DNA from: Hormiphora californensis
Lineage: Eukaryota; Animalia; Ctenophora
Assembly (NCBI GenBank): GCA_020137815.1
Contig: CM035350.1
Span: forward strand, 186,001 to 250,000
DNA length: 64,000 bases
Direction: 5' to 3'
Shown: in pieces, positions 27,501 through 39,993 of the stretch
Layout of the letters: each line of letters opens with the position of its first letter
How positions within the stretch are numbered: the stretch's first letter is position 1
Program-made: the position numbers and the translations under genes
Notes under the pieces: generated by a model
Seen by the model: the letters and a program-made list of their open reading frames with translations, nothing else
Databases searched by the model: none
What the model was told of the DNA's origin: nothing

Positions 27501-30500
27501 GCAAGAGTACAAATATACGCTAGATATAAATATATATGAACGATTGATTTCCCCTGCCAACGTTGAGTAACTAACAATAATTATAATACTAAACAATTTC
27601 AACCGTGTCGCTCCTTGTTCACACACACACTCAAACACTTGCACACCTCCCTTAGTCTAGACTTACTACTGATGAACATTCGCCATATAGGACACGCGAC
27701 GGAACAGATTCATGAGCTATGTAATGATAAATAAACTATGCCTACTTTGCAGCCACCCTCCAGCTGACATGTGACATAGTTCAACGCACGTAATCAGATT
27801 ATGAACTTGCTTGCATTTAGACCTAGCTACGTAAAACTAGACCTAATATATATACAATCATTATTATTTGGTTAAAGAAACACTGCCGGGGTCCTAAAAC
27901 CTGAATATGGGAACACTACCGGGGTTCTCAAACCTGAATAGGGGAACACTGCCGGGGTTCTCAAACCTGAAGAACACTGCCGGGGCTATAAAACCTGAAT
28001 AATAATGAACTCATCTAAGAGCTCATTGTAGATTAATTGTTCCTTATAATATGCCTACCTAAATGGGATCCAATTCACAGCAAATCGATACACACATATG
28101 CTAGAACCCCCTGGCACAGCCTAAGCGATCGAGACTCTTCAAAATACTCTTCGAAGAGCTAGGAGGGGAGAGCTCATTAGCTCTTTTTGCATCCAACAAT
28201 GATCTGACTGCCTCGAGCTCACCATAAACCTTCCTGGGAGTATTTAGTATTACGTGCAATGGGCTCGAAAAAAAGACAGCCGGCTACAATAATCGTAGTA
28301 ATTGGGCTAGTTAGGAGGCGCAGGAAACCCTATCCTACCTCCCACAGGTTCAAACCTACGGAACCTGAAGTTAGCCCCGAACTGCAACTAAATAGTCAGA
28401 CCTATTGGATCATAAAATGCATAGAGATTCATTCGGGGGCAATAAAAAATTTTTATTCGCTCTAGACCCAGCCAGTCCGACCTTCTGGCTTAATATATTA
28501 TAGGCGTATACGTCTATTTAATGCTCCTTGTCCTGGCATGTTAACAAAGCACTTATGTTTAGATGGAGGCCAATGACCGTAATACGTAAAAGTGTTGGAG
28601 ACCAAATAAATGGCGCTGTTTACCCATTACTCACACCGAAAGAATGACCGACCTGTACCTCATAGCTACACCTCTTCCTTGCGAATAGACAGGCCATTAT
28701 TCAAACATATTAAAAGCAATCGATACTAGCGTGGTGTATGCAGAGGGATCTATTAACCAAGCAGGTCCATTATAAATATTATATTGAGACTTGAGTGCAA
28801 CCTAACCAGGGCACTTGATTCTTCCAAATCAACCCATCAAAAGACCTGCGCTAGTAATCAGCTAATCCTATAGCGAATCCTTCACCTCTATGCAACCTGT
28901 TACACAAAATACATTTAAAACCCGTTATGATTTAGGAGTGTTTTTTTTTTTCCTCATATAAGGGGAAACCTGACGCAATCATTAATTTAATAACCTTTAG
29001 TTGGAGCCTTTTTGAAACCTTAACTAGATTGATTCTGGTTGATTGCACACTGTAACTTACCATTGGAGAGTATCTCACCAGGATGGTCCAGAAAACGGTA
29101 ACGGGCTAGAATTAAACCAAAACCCCACTATCATGTAGACAAGTCCAGTCTCCAACGCCGCATGACTATCGATTATCAGCACGAACACTATCCGGTCGGG
29201 AATAGAAAAACCACGTTGTAGTACCCAAACCTGCAGCCTCTCGAATTGAAATTATTGCCACGTACTGGCCGTACCTCAATGTTGCTCTGTTCGCCGTCTC
29301 CTGAAAAACTGGCTAGTTTTCCCTAACCTGTACCTACTACCTAAACCTTAAAGCAAATGGGAGCAAAAGGGGTTTAAAAATAGCAACGGGTTTTGAACTG
29401 CACAAACCTTGCAGTAGAAATCCCAAGTATGCCCACAAATTTATTACAATCAGGCAGCAAAATAAGGCAGTCAATAAAACTAAAAGCACTTCAAGCTTTC
29501 AACCTCGGCCTAATGTTACCCAAAGCGTATGCTGTATACAAGGTATAGATCTGGTCATAAAAATTTAATTGAATAGTTAATTATCTGGTTCGTCGGACCA
29601 TAATGTAAGTGCGTGGAACCGAGACCCGGACTGTAAAAAAGCCTCGTGCACGATCAATGTACCAAGCCACGCATGAGTATGACCGTGCGTGTTCAACACA
29701 CTTACGGAGCAAATCATCCGAGATCTGCCCCAAAATGCCTCGATGGGTGATGAATCGCCGTGTGCAACGTCGTCATAATGTCCATGAGCGTGTGCGTGTT
29801 ACTACAGCGAGTGAAAACCAATTTAGAGACGCATCCTGGGTAACAACCATATATGTTAGACTATAGATTGGTAATTGAGGCAGGCAATCAAGGGTACGCC
29901 AGCCCCGAACCCGGCCTAGTGTCGATAAGGGCTCGCAACGTGCTCACGTTCCAAGCTCCTGCCTGCAACCACCTCCTTATAGTCTTACTCCAGAAGGAGT
30001 ATGTCAATTCTGAATTCATATTTCATAGAAAACAAATCAAATAAATGTATGATATGTAAACAAAGACTCATCTCAACTCCTCATCTCAACTCCTCATCTC
30101 CCTAGCCTTATTCCTGCTCTAGTAATTTAACACAACGTTATGCACGGTAATCGCGAACGTGAAAACAAGCATACTGTAGGTGGACCGCCACTTGACGGGA
30201 TAGGAGAGAACGCACTGACTCTCATGTCCAGTCTATTGCCGCATGACGGCTGTCTTACAAGCAATGACAACCTAGCTACTCTCATGACCTTGTCTCTTCC
30301 TGTACAACCCCGGCGCCGCTACTCGGACCTGGGACACTCTAGTCTGTATTGCAAAGCCAAAGAACCCACGTCGCTCACTCATTCACGCACAGCCTGGTGC
30401 CCAACACCTCACACTTCACTCTCTGACCTCTAGACACTGCCTCACCCTCTCACATCGCCTGACCCCTCGAGAGCCCTCCTCGTATCACTCGATAACCCTC

Positions 30501-30703
30501 GTACGAGTTTTATTAGCCAATAGGGAAGCTCGCTGGCGGGACGCACCAATAGTATCCCTCCACGAGATACTTCTATCTAATCTATCGATATCTCCACGGC
30601 TCTGGTGACCAGGAAACTGTGTGATATACGATATTGCTAGGTGCTTGCTCACGTGTAGCCGGCCACGTTCTAGTGCTACTCTACTTCTCAGCTCCATATC
30701 TCG

Positions 30704-30770
<67 letters not shown>

Positions 30771-32900
30771 GCCGACTCTACTTCTTTTATTACCGGTGTA
30801 TAATTACCCACACGGTTGACATATAATAATCATGAATACAACGGGTGGGAGGTACTTGTAGGGATGTAAATTACAATGATTTTCAGCCCTACACAGGCTG
30901 AACACGTGTTTATTACCCGCGTGCTACGTAAAGTGTGTGTCTCATTAGGGTAATGTATTACCGTTTCTCCACTACAAGCGGTCGTGTAACATTGATTTAA
31001 ACCTAACCTTAAAAGATTTGTCGCATAAGTTGCAACGAAAGTTCCGCTGAGACGTGTGTACTTTCATGTGCCTTTGTTTGTTGCTATTTCTATTGAAAGA
31101 CATAGGGCACTCTGGACAAGTGTACTTTTTCTGCTTGTGGTTTAACTAAGGGGAAGTTACGTTATAAAACATGGGAAGGTAGAATACGTAAAATTTCTAA
31201 ACGATGTCAGTATGAAACCAAGCACTTCCCGACCCCTAATCTGCCCTAATCAGCCCTAATCAGCACTAATCTGCCCTAATTGCACTAACATGTGTGTGTC
31301 TCCACCAGTCATTAATGCTCTCAAATGTGTCACTACACTCCCTGCAACGGAACGTTTTCCGGACATGCTGCATTAGATGGTGCCGCTTCAGATTGTACGC
31401 GTTGTGAAACACTATTGAACAGAACCCGCAGCTCCACTCTCCCGAAGTTAGGGAGTGACGGGCCATGTGGCGACGGAGGGATTGTACACACCCGAAGGTA
31501 GATTCACACTGGCTGCATGTATAGCAGTCAGAAGGGGCCGTATGGATTCTCCGAGTGTGCCTGGGTGGTAAAAATTATATATTTTGGATGAGAGATATAA
31601 GTGTATAGAAACTTACATCTTCAAACTGGCCTTGCATTTGAATTCCTTTGAGCAGTGGGGACAGGTAAACACCGTGCCACCGTGCACATTCCTCTTATGA
31701 TGACCAAGTTTTCTCTGGGAATCAAATCCCTTGCCACAGGTAGGACAGGGGTGGGACATCAAGCACATGGAAAGGTGTTTTTGGTACCACTTCTTGCTTT
31801 TAAATTCCTTCTTACACTTTGAGCAGACTAACTGGGAGAATACGTGTCACTGAATATTCAATATGCAATTCAAAAATAATGTAATTTAATACAGATTTAA
31901 TGTAATTTAATGTAATATAGAATGTAATTACATTATTGTCAGATATCCCCACGCCCGATCTTTCTGGTTCGTCGGGTGTTTCTGATGCAACAAGGGAGGG
32001 ATGCATGCTAATCAGTAGCTTAGGGTTGTCCTTAACGTGAATGTGGGGCTGCAAAGGAAATTAGTGTTACACATTGAATATTATCGCATATTTTGTAATA
32101 TTTCCTGGTATCCCTTTACACACACACCCATAATCTATAAACTATCGTTACCTGTTGAGGAGGGAAAAACTGTTGAACAGGGTATTGCTGATATTGCTGA
32201 CAAAAGTAGCAAACACACTGCTGGTGCTGACACCAAAAACTGTAAGTAAAGGAGTTGTTAGTGGTAGATTAATAATACCAGAATAATGCACTTACTGATA
32301 CAAGAACTCATATGTCGGTTGCATTGGGTCCATAGCTGCCCCTGAAGCCACATTGACAATTTTGTATGGAGCTTCTACTGACATATATAACTGGAGGGTA
32401 ACGAAATAAAGATGTAGCATTATGCTACATCTTTATTACGTGTACCTAGATTTTGTATGTGTACCGTTACAATATATTATGGACCCACAACAAATAGAAA
32501 CACGTTGGTTTACAAACAAATGTTTCGATCTTGCGATCTCATCAGTGTAATCGCAAGATCGATACATTTGTTTGTAAACCAACGTGTTTCTATTTGTTGT
32601 ACTATCTGCTCTCGGTTCCACGCCGATAGAGCTCTCTTGTGGCCTACTGAAACAAACATATTGAATTGATATATTATGGACCCCTATGATAGGGGTCCAT
32701 AATATATTGTACCGGTACACATACAAAATCTAGGTACACGTTTTGTATCACATGATTTCTACCGCGGCTACATACTACATACATGTAGAGGGTGAGCATC
32801 ACCCTCTGCCTTCTTTATCTATACGTGAATTTATGGGAGCCTGAAGCACCTGATAAGACAGGGACTTCATCCCAAGTACATTCGAAAGGTAGGGCATAGT
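21719..32900 (-). CDS. Multi-C2H2 zinc-finger protein; 5' exons and start uncertain; ~9-kb last intron
   Basis: Exons at ~31617-31831, ~31290-31561, 31008-31146 and 21719-22027 encode about 10 CxxC..HxxxH fingers. One finger is split CNLCDKSFK|MKKSLEFHQTYRH by an intron from 31007 (GT) to 22028 (AG). Confidence 0.8.
22033..23237. repeat. 25-bp minisatellite, ~48 copies
   Basis: Unit GAGGGAGTTGTGTGTTTTAACACTG, near-identical, no spacers. Confidence 0.97.
23236..30972. mobile_element. ~160-bp palindromic MITE split by the LTR element (arms 23236-23322 and 30894-30972)
   Basis: GTGGAGAAACGGTAACACATTACCTAATGAGACACACACTTTACGTAGC versus its reverse complement at ~30922-30972. Confidence 0.8.
23323..30893 (-). 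mobile_element. Non-autonomous LTR retroelement (LARD-like); LTRs 23323-24652 and 29604-30893
   Basis: ~1.3-kb near-identical direct repeats with TGT..ACA ends; 4-bp TSD CAGG; minus-strand PBS TGGTCCGACGAACCAGAT (tRNA-Tyr-like) at 29583-29600; PPT GGGAGGGGTGGGAA at 24653-24666; 4.95-kb interior with no gag/pol ORF. Confidence 0.88.
32438..32741. mobile_element. Foldback MITE in a zinc-finger gene intron
   Basis: ACGTGTACCTAGATTTTGTATGTGTACCG ... CGGTACACATACAAAATCTAGGTACACGT with internal palindromes. Confidence 0.8.
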
Positions 32901-33194
32901 GATGGAGGTGGTGATAAGCGATGGCTTTGATCCAGATTGTGAGCTGAATGAGGGGGTTGGTTAGGATAACAATGTGGTTAAGGGAAAAGAAATGACCGAG
33001 TGGGAGAGCGAGAGAAAAACACGATGCTAAAAGAGAGGTGGACAACAGAGAGGTGGAGAGGGAGTAGTGGAGCAGGCTGCAGGGGGATAGAGAAGGAAAT
33101 GGAGAAGGGCAAGGAGGTAGCAAGACACGTGCAGGAGGCGGGGTACCGGAGGAGACTGGAGGTCTGAGGCTGACGGAGAGATGAGACTGAGAGC

Positions 33195-33440
33195 AGAGGG
33201 GACCTTGGCCTACGTTGCAGTCCCCAAGCCGTGGGAAACGCGTGCACTAGGGGTCTGCAGTGCATGCCAAAGAGGGGACCTTGGCAAACGTTGCTGGCCC
33301 CTGCAGCTCGGGATAAGGCAGCCCTTTTTAAGAGGGGACCCAGATTTTAACGTTTAGTTTTCCCAGCGCGGCGATACGGGCGCGATTATAATCTGGGTGC
33401 CTTGCAGCGTGTTTACAGGTGCGCGCTACCAAAAGAGTAC
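33195..33440 (-). promoter_or_regulatory. Putative promoter motif cluster upstream of the zinc-finger gene
   Basis: Four 15-55 bp blocks shared, in gene-sense orientation but different order, with 39630-39872 upstream of ABHD16A. Confidence 0.4.
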
Positions 33441-36400
33441 ACTTAGACCGACTTTTTTCAAACGGCTATAGCCACGCAACCACATGGCCAATTTGAGTAA
33501 ACTAAACGGTAACTGATAGAGAATCGATAGCCCTAACCGATAACCCCAAACCAAACCCTAACCAGACCCGAACGGATAGCCCTAACCCGTCGCGCGCGCA
33601 AAAATCACGAATTGTTAGCAATGAAAGGCACCCAGATTGGTAAGTCGGAAGAACCTGTCCGTTCCTCTCATGAGCACTCATGAGTGTGTCATGAGTGTGT
33701 CATGAGTGTATCATGAGTGTATCATGAGCGCTCATGAGACGTTTTTAGGTGTTTCAACGTCTCATGAGCGCTCATGAGACATTGAAACAGAGATGGGATG
33801 AGACATATGTCTCATGAGCGCTCATGAGCAAGGTCTCATGAGCACTCATGAGCGCTCATGATACACTCATGACACACTCATGATACACTCATGAGTTCAA
33901 GTTCAAGTTCAAGTTCAAATAAATTACACACAATACAAACATAAAGTGCAGAAATTCCCATCTCGTGGGTCCTCCTTTGTCAAATTGTCTATTTACAGTC
34001 ACTAACTCAAAGTAAAACACAAACAGCGTCAGCAGCAAACAACATACACAGCTTCACACAACGCTCTTCCTTTCTGCCTCTCGAAACTCATTAGGGACCG
34101 TCATATAGCCACGCACCGGTGGTCTGTCATAGAATTCCTTCATGAACGCACCAAGGTTTGCCTTGAACCCAGGAAGTGTTTCTGAAAGAGTAACCTCTCG
34201 AGGGAGTTTATTCCATAACCGAGGTGCCCTGAAGCCGAAAGAGTTATACAGTTGGTTTGCCCGTTTGGATTCTGCCCAGTAAGGATATTTCTGGGTTTTC
34301 GCCTGTACTCCCAACCGACACGTCTGGAACTCCATCTCAACACAATTGGGAACAAGTCCCTGATAGATCTTCCACACGTGGATTAACTCATATCTCTGGC
34401 GTCTTCTCTGGAGGGAAATAAGGTCAAGCGCCTCTAGCCGCTGCCAGTAGTCCAGATTCTTCATCCCTTGGATCTTCCGAGTGAACGCCCGTTGAACGTT
34501 TTCCACCATTTGAATATCCCCGATTTTCGTTGGATACCACACCAGGCAACAGTATTCTAGTATGGGACGGACTAACGCCTTGTACAAGGTTAGTAGTACT
34601 TCTGGTGACCTACTCCTGAATGCACAGAAGATCCATCCTGAAATCATGTTAGCTCTCCTTACGATATCGCCAATATGATGAGTCCAGGTACCATCCGAAG
34701 ATAGCCAGACCCCCAGGTCTTTTACATGCTGCTCTGGATCCACCACGGTTCCTCCCATTGTAACATAGGATAACGTTTCTGCAGTGAAGGGTAGTTCTCT
34801 CAACAACTTTGATCTACCAAGCGAATAATTAACCAATTGAAACTTATCCTCGTGGAGCTTCATGTTGTTGTTGACTGACCACTGAGTGACACTTCCTAGG
34901 TCCTTCTGAAGTTCAGCCTGGTCTAGTAGGGTTCGTATTACTTGTATAAGTTTCGTATCGTCAGCAAAGGACAGGGCGTCAGCGCTTGACAACGACTCTT
35001 TCAAGTCAATTACGTAGAACAAGAACAGGATAGGTCCCAGCACGCTTCCCTGGATCACACTGCTGATGACCCATTCCCACCGAGACTGCTCTCCATCCAC
35101 TAGTACTGCTTGCTTCCTATTGGTGAGGAATTCCTTTATCCAAGCAAGTAGCTTTCCTCTCACGCCATATCTTTGTAATTTTCTCAGTAAGACCCCAATA
35201 TCAACTCGGTCGAATGCTTTTTGGAAATCTAGGTAAAGCACATCGACTTCGTTGTTGTCCGTCAGATGTTTGAGAACTCTGTCGATATGGGCGAGAAGAT
35301 GGGTCATAGTACTTCTCCCTTTCCTGAACCCATGTTGACCATTACAGTGCAGCTCTGCCCTCTCCAGGAACTCCGTTAGGTGACCCCTGACAATCCTCTC
35401 AAAGGTTTTGGAAAGGTGAGACGTTAGGGACACTGGTCTATAGTTTCCAGGTATTGATCGGTCACCTTTCTTGAAGATGGGGCAAATGAACTGTTCCTTC
35501 ATAACGGCAGGTATTGTACTAGACTGAAACGAAGACTGCCATATAATCCATATTGGATAGGATAACGTTTGGCGGCAATTCTTCAGAACGATGGCCGGGA
35601 TATCACCAGGAGGGGCCGCTGAGTTCGGTTTGAGTTCCTTTAGTGCCCGCTCTATGTCCTCCTTCGTAAAGCTGATGTCGCTTATCTCAGCTTCCTCTTC
35701 TGTGATGTGCTCCACTGCCTTTTCAGGATCTACCTCTGAAGGATCGCTGAAAACTTTCACATACTGACTCTGTAAGATCTCAGCTTTTTCCTTTGGGTCA
35801 GTAGTAAGCGATCCATCCTTTCTCGCTAGGGGTGCCACTGTTGATTTGACCTTAGACAGCGACTTTGCATGACTGTAGAAAAACTTAGGATTTATTTTAA
35901 CTGCAGAAGCGACTCGTTCTTCCTCACTCTGCTGTTTTTCCTTCACATGCCCTTTAATAGCAAGCGTGACTCTGCCGACTAGCTCCTCAAATTTGAGCTT
36001 CGCCTTGCCTCTTGCATGTACCATTCTCCTATTCAACTTTCTTCTCCGACTGCGGAGGTGCCGGAGGATTTTGTCCTTCCGTTTCTCCTTCCATCGCTTC
36101 GGCACAGTGAAGATCGTGCATACCTGAAGAACAGTGAGCCTTACTAACTCTAAGAATTCAGCATCAGCGTCTTCCGATTCTGTACACAAACGATGTAGCT
36201 GATCCCAGTCCACTTCGTCGAAAACAGTGTTTAGCCTGTCGAAGTCTGCCTTCAGAAGATTCAGCTCCGCAAATTCCGACCTATCCCTATTTTCCCTGGG
36301 GGGCTTCTCCGTACTATTGTATGTCAAGGTGCATGTAACCATGTCGTGATCAGAAATCCCCAGGTCTTCACACTTGGTTGAAAGGACATAATCGGGACGG

Positions 36401-36451
36401 TTGGTTAGTATCAAATCCAAGACGTTCTCCCCTCTGGTAGGAAAATTAACC

Positions 36452-38301
36452 GGTAAGTCGGAAGAACCTGTCCGTTCCTCTCATGAGCGCTCATGAGTGT
36501 ATCATGAGTGTGTCATGAGTGTATCATGAGTGTATCATGAGCGCTCATGAGTACGGTGGCAGATTCCGGCCAAGAGTTTTTTAAATCAAGTAAAATATTT
36601 TTGTTTAAAGTTTTATAAAAATTTTATTTCAAAATAAAAATAAATATGTCGTTAAAATTATTGGCCGGAATCTGCCACGCGGGTGGCAGATTCCGGCCAA
36701 GATTCTCAAAAAACCTTGGCCAGAATCTGCCATACACGTGGCAGATTCTGGCCAACCAACTAAAACTTGTTTATATCAAAGCGAAAACCACTGTACCCGA
36801 CTAATTTTGATACGCTGAATCACGTTAGATACTTTTCCAATCCCTCAGAGGTCGGGAAAGTGTCATAATTGACCATAATTGGGTCTAATTGACCCCACTT
36901 ACAACTTTTCACCTTAAAACGATAGAGGCTTATGTGAAGGCACTTTTCCGACTAATTTTGATACGCTGATTCACGTAATCAACTTTTCCAAGTCCTCAGA
37001 GATCGGCAAAGTGCCCTAATTGAGCAATTACGGCTAATTAGACCCAATTATACCCAATTAAGGCACTTTGCCGATCTCTGAGGACTTGGAAAAGTTGCTT
37101 ACGTGATTCAGCGTATTAAAATTAGTCGGAAAAGTGCCTTCACATAAGCGTCTATCGTTTTAAGGTGAAAAGTTGTAAGTGGGGTCAATTAGACCCAATT
37201 ATGGTCAATTATGACACTTTCCCGACCTCTGAGGGATTGGAAAAGTATCTAACGTGATTCAGCGTATCAAAATTAGTCGGGTACAGTGGTTTTCGCTTTG
37301 ATATAAACAAGTTTTAGTTGGTTGGCCAGAATCTGCCACGTGTATGGCAGATTCTGGCCAAGGTTTTTTGAGAATCTTGGCCGGAATCTGCCACCCGCGT
37401 GGCAGATTCCGGCCAATAATTTTAACGACATATTTATTTTTATTTTGAAATAAAATTTTTATAAAACTTTAAACAAAAATATTTTACTTGATTTAAAAAA
37501 CTCTTGGCCGGAATCTGCCACCGTACATGAGACGTTTTTAGGTGTTTCAACGTCTCATGAGCGCTCATGAGTGTATCATGAGTGTGTCATGAGTGTATCA
37601 TGAGCGCTCATGAGTGCTCATGAGACCTTGCTCATGAGCGCTCATGAGACATATGTCTCATCCCATCTCTGTTTCAATGTCTCATGAGCGCTCATGAGAC
37701 GTTTTGACCTACATGTGCTCATGAGTGTATCATGAGACATGTCTCATGAGACATATGTCTCATGAGACGTTAGGGTTAGGGTTATGGTTGGGTTTAGGGT
37801 TGGGCTAGGGTTAGGGCTTTCCTTTAGGTCTAGGGACCCGTAGAGGGTAGGGCTAGGTCCAAGCCTATGGGTCAACCCTAACCCTATCCCTACGGGTCCC
37901 TAGACCTAAAGGAAAGCCCTAACCCTAGCCCAACCCTAAACCCAACCATAACCCTAACCCTAACGTCTCATGAGACATATGTCTCATGAGACATGTCTCA
38001 TGATACACTCATGAGCACATGTAGGTCAAAACGTCTCATGAGCGCTCATGAGACATTGAAACAGAGATGGGATGAGACATATGTCTCATGAGCGCTCATG
38101 AGCAAGGTCTCATGAGCACTCATGAGCGCTCATGATACACTCATGACACACTCATGATACACTCATGAGCGCTCATGAGACGTTGAAACACCTAAAAACG
38201 TCTCATGAGCGCTCATGATACACTCATGATACACTCATGACACACTCATGATACACTCATGAGCGCTCATGAGAGGAACGGACAGGTTCTTCCGACTTAC
38301 C
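36452..38301. mobile_element. Merlin-type non-autonomous foldback element, inner copy, with a telomere-like centre
   Basis: Perfect TIR starting GGTAA (GGNRM pattern); 8-bp TSD AATTAACC (36444-36451 / 38302-38309); TTAGGG/CCCTAA-like palindromic centre at 37770-37963. Confidence 0.8.
36552..37525. mobile_element. IS3EU-type non-autonomous foldback element (974-bp near-perfect palindrome)
   Basis: Termini TACGG..CCGTA with 6-bp TSD CATGAG. TAY..RTA ends plus a 6-bp TSD are the IS3EU signature. Confidence 0.75.
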
Positions 38302-39161
38302 AATTAACCATTTGACTTAGTGAGTTATTGTCTACAAAATGACCTAGAACATTATACAGAGGTAGGTCAACTGTTTCCCGTACCCCTCCTTTCCATTTGA
38401 GGAGTGGGAGATTGAAGTCACCCATCACCCAAATATCCGGTACGGTCTTATCCTGGCTATGCAATTCTACAAATGACTGCAGTTTATTCACCAGTTCCTG
38501 AAAATCTGTTGGGTCCGTTCCTGCACGATACACAACTGCCGCTATTGAGTGGGTTGAGCCCATGTAGGCCGCCACTAGGTTATTACTGCTGTCGGAATAC
38601 TCCACTTGGTCCGATATAGCGAGGCTAGAATGGATGTAGAGGGCGCATCCTCCTCCAATCCTACCCTTCCTGTCACATCTCACCAGGTTATATCCGGAAA
38701 TCTGCAGCTGGGCCTCCGCCATATACCCTCTCCACCAGGTTTCCGTTATTCCTAGAAACGCTACAGGGGTGGTCTCTGCATCCACCATATCACGTACCAC
38801 CTCAAGTTTCCAGGTGGACTCCTCTGATGGACAAAAACTTCTGGCGTTTAAGAGGTGAAACTGTGAAACATTGGGTGCACTCCTCATGAGACGTTGAAAC
38901 ACCTAAAAACGTCTCATGAGCGCTCATGATACACTCATGATACACTCATGACACACTCATGATACACTCATGAGCGCTCATGAGAGGAACGGACAGGTTC
39001 TTCCGGCTTACCCAAGGCGATACGAGGAAGACAAAAATCTTTGCTTTGTGCGCGGCCTGAAAATATGGCAGCGCTTTGGATATTTTGTCTGTGACAGGGC
39101 ACACACGCATGTAGCGCGCGAATTAAAAACACAACACAGTTGCGACAAAAACTACGCGCAC

Positions 39162-39537
39162 TAAAGTCGGATTTTTTGAAACTGTCACCCCCCTGGAGTT
39201 TTCAGATTTCTTTAAATGAGGCCCCTCGGAAATGTTCAAGTCATGCACAATCAAGTCACGCCCACCAATCACAGCTCAGAACGCGCGAAGCGCTCCGCGC
39301 GTTCTGAGCTGTGATTGGTGGGCTTGACTTGATTGTGCATGACTTGAACATTTCCGAGGGGCCTCATGACCATAAGTCCGGTTCCTGATGAGATAGAGAC
39401 TTGAAATTTGGAGGTTAAGAAGATCTTGCTAAGTTCTTCCGAACCTCCAAATTTCAAGTCGCTATCTTATCAGGAACCGGAGATATGACAAATTTTGTTA
39501 TTTCAGGGGGGTGACAGTTTCAAAAAATCCGACTTTA
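39162..39537. mobile_element. MITE
   Basis: TAAAGTCGGATTTTTTGAAACTGTCACCCCC ... GGGGGTGACAGTTTCAAAAAATCCGACTTTA with two internal hairpins. Confidence 0.75.
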
Positions 39538-39629
39538 CTCCTGATGATACTGCACTCCTAAAAAAATCAGTGAAGTTGTTTATAAAAAAAGAATAAAGTG
39601 AAGTTGTTTCCTCGTGTTCCCGGTGTTTG

Positions 39630-39872
39630 AAAAGCGCTGCCTTATCCCTCCTGCGTGTGACGCAGAAAAGGGCCAGCAGCGTTTCACGTTTGCCAAGGCC
39701 AGCGTTAAAATCTGGGTGTTTGGAGTATCAGCAATCACTCTTAACTCTTTGGATTAGCCAACGCGTTTGAGTGGTTTGGCGGTTAATGCCTTTTTAGTGC
39801 AGGGTACTTTTTTGGCAGTGTGCACCTGTTAAAAACAGGCCTCCAAATACCCAGATCGTAACGGCGCCCGTT
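39630..39872 (+). promoter_or_regulatory. Putative promoter motif cluster upstream of ABHD16A
   Basis: Same blocks as 33195-33440 in a different order, 120-360 bp before the ATG. Confidence 0.4.
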
Positions 39873-39993
39873 TGCCAACCCCGGTGTCGGATTGTTGTTT
39901 CTTCAGAACAGCCCCGGCCACCTTTCACTCCTGATCAGATGATGTGATCTTATAGCAAATGACCCTCAAACTGATTCATAGGTGAAGTTTCTA

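Larger units (their letters stand above)
33896..38882 (-). mobile_element. 5'-truncated CR1/L2-group LINE (ORF2 APE-RT), interrupted at 36452-38309
   Basis: APE (LLNARS, GITETW, GGGCALY, VMGDFNLP) at 38297-38902; RT (NYRPVSLTS, QHGFR, YLDFQKAFD, QGSVLGP, FADDTK) at 34054-36420; (TTGAAC)n 3' tail. Removing the insert restores SQMVNFPTRGENVLDLILTN. Confidence 0.95.
33639..39012. mobile_element. Merlin-type non-autonomous foldback element, outer copy (hosts the LINE)
   Basis: TIR GGTAAGTCGGAAGAACCTGTCCGTTCCTCTCATGAG at both ends; subterminal TCATGA tandem repeats; no TSD visible for this copy. Confidence 0.6.

Noticed and set aside
37770-37963. Telomere or chromosome-fusion site
   Set aside because: Short, degenerate, and located at the symmetry axis of a TSD-flanked foldback element.
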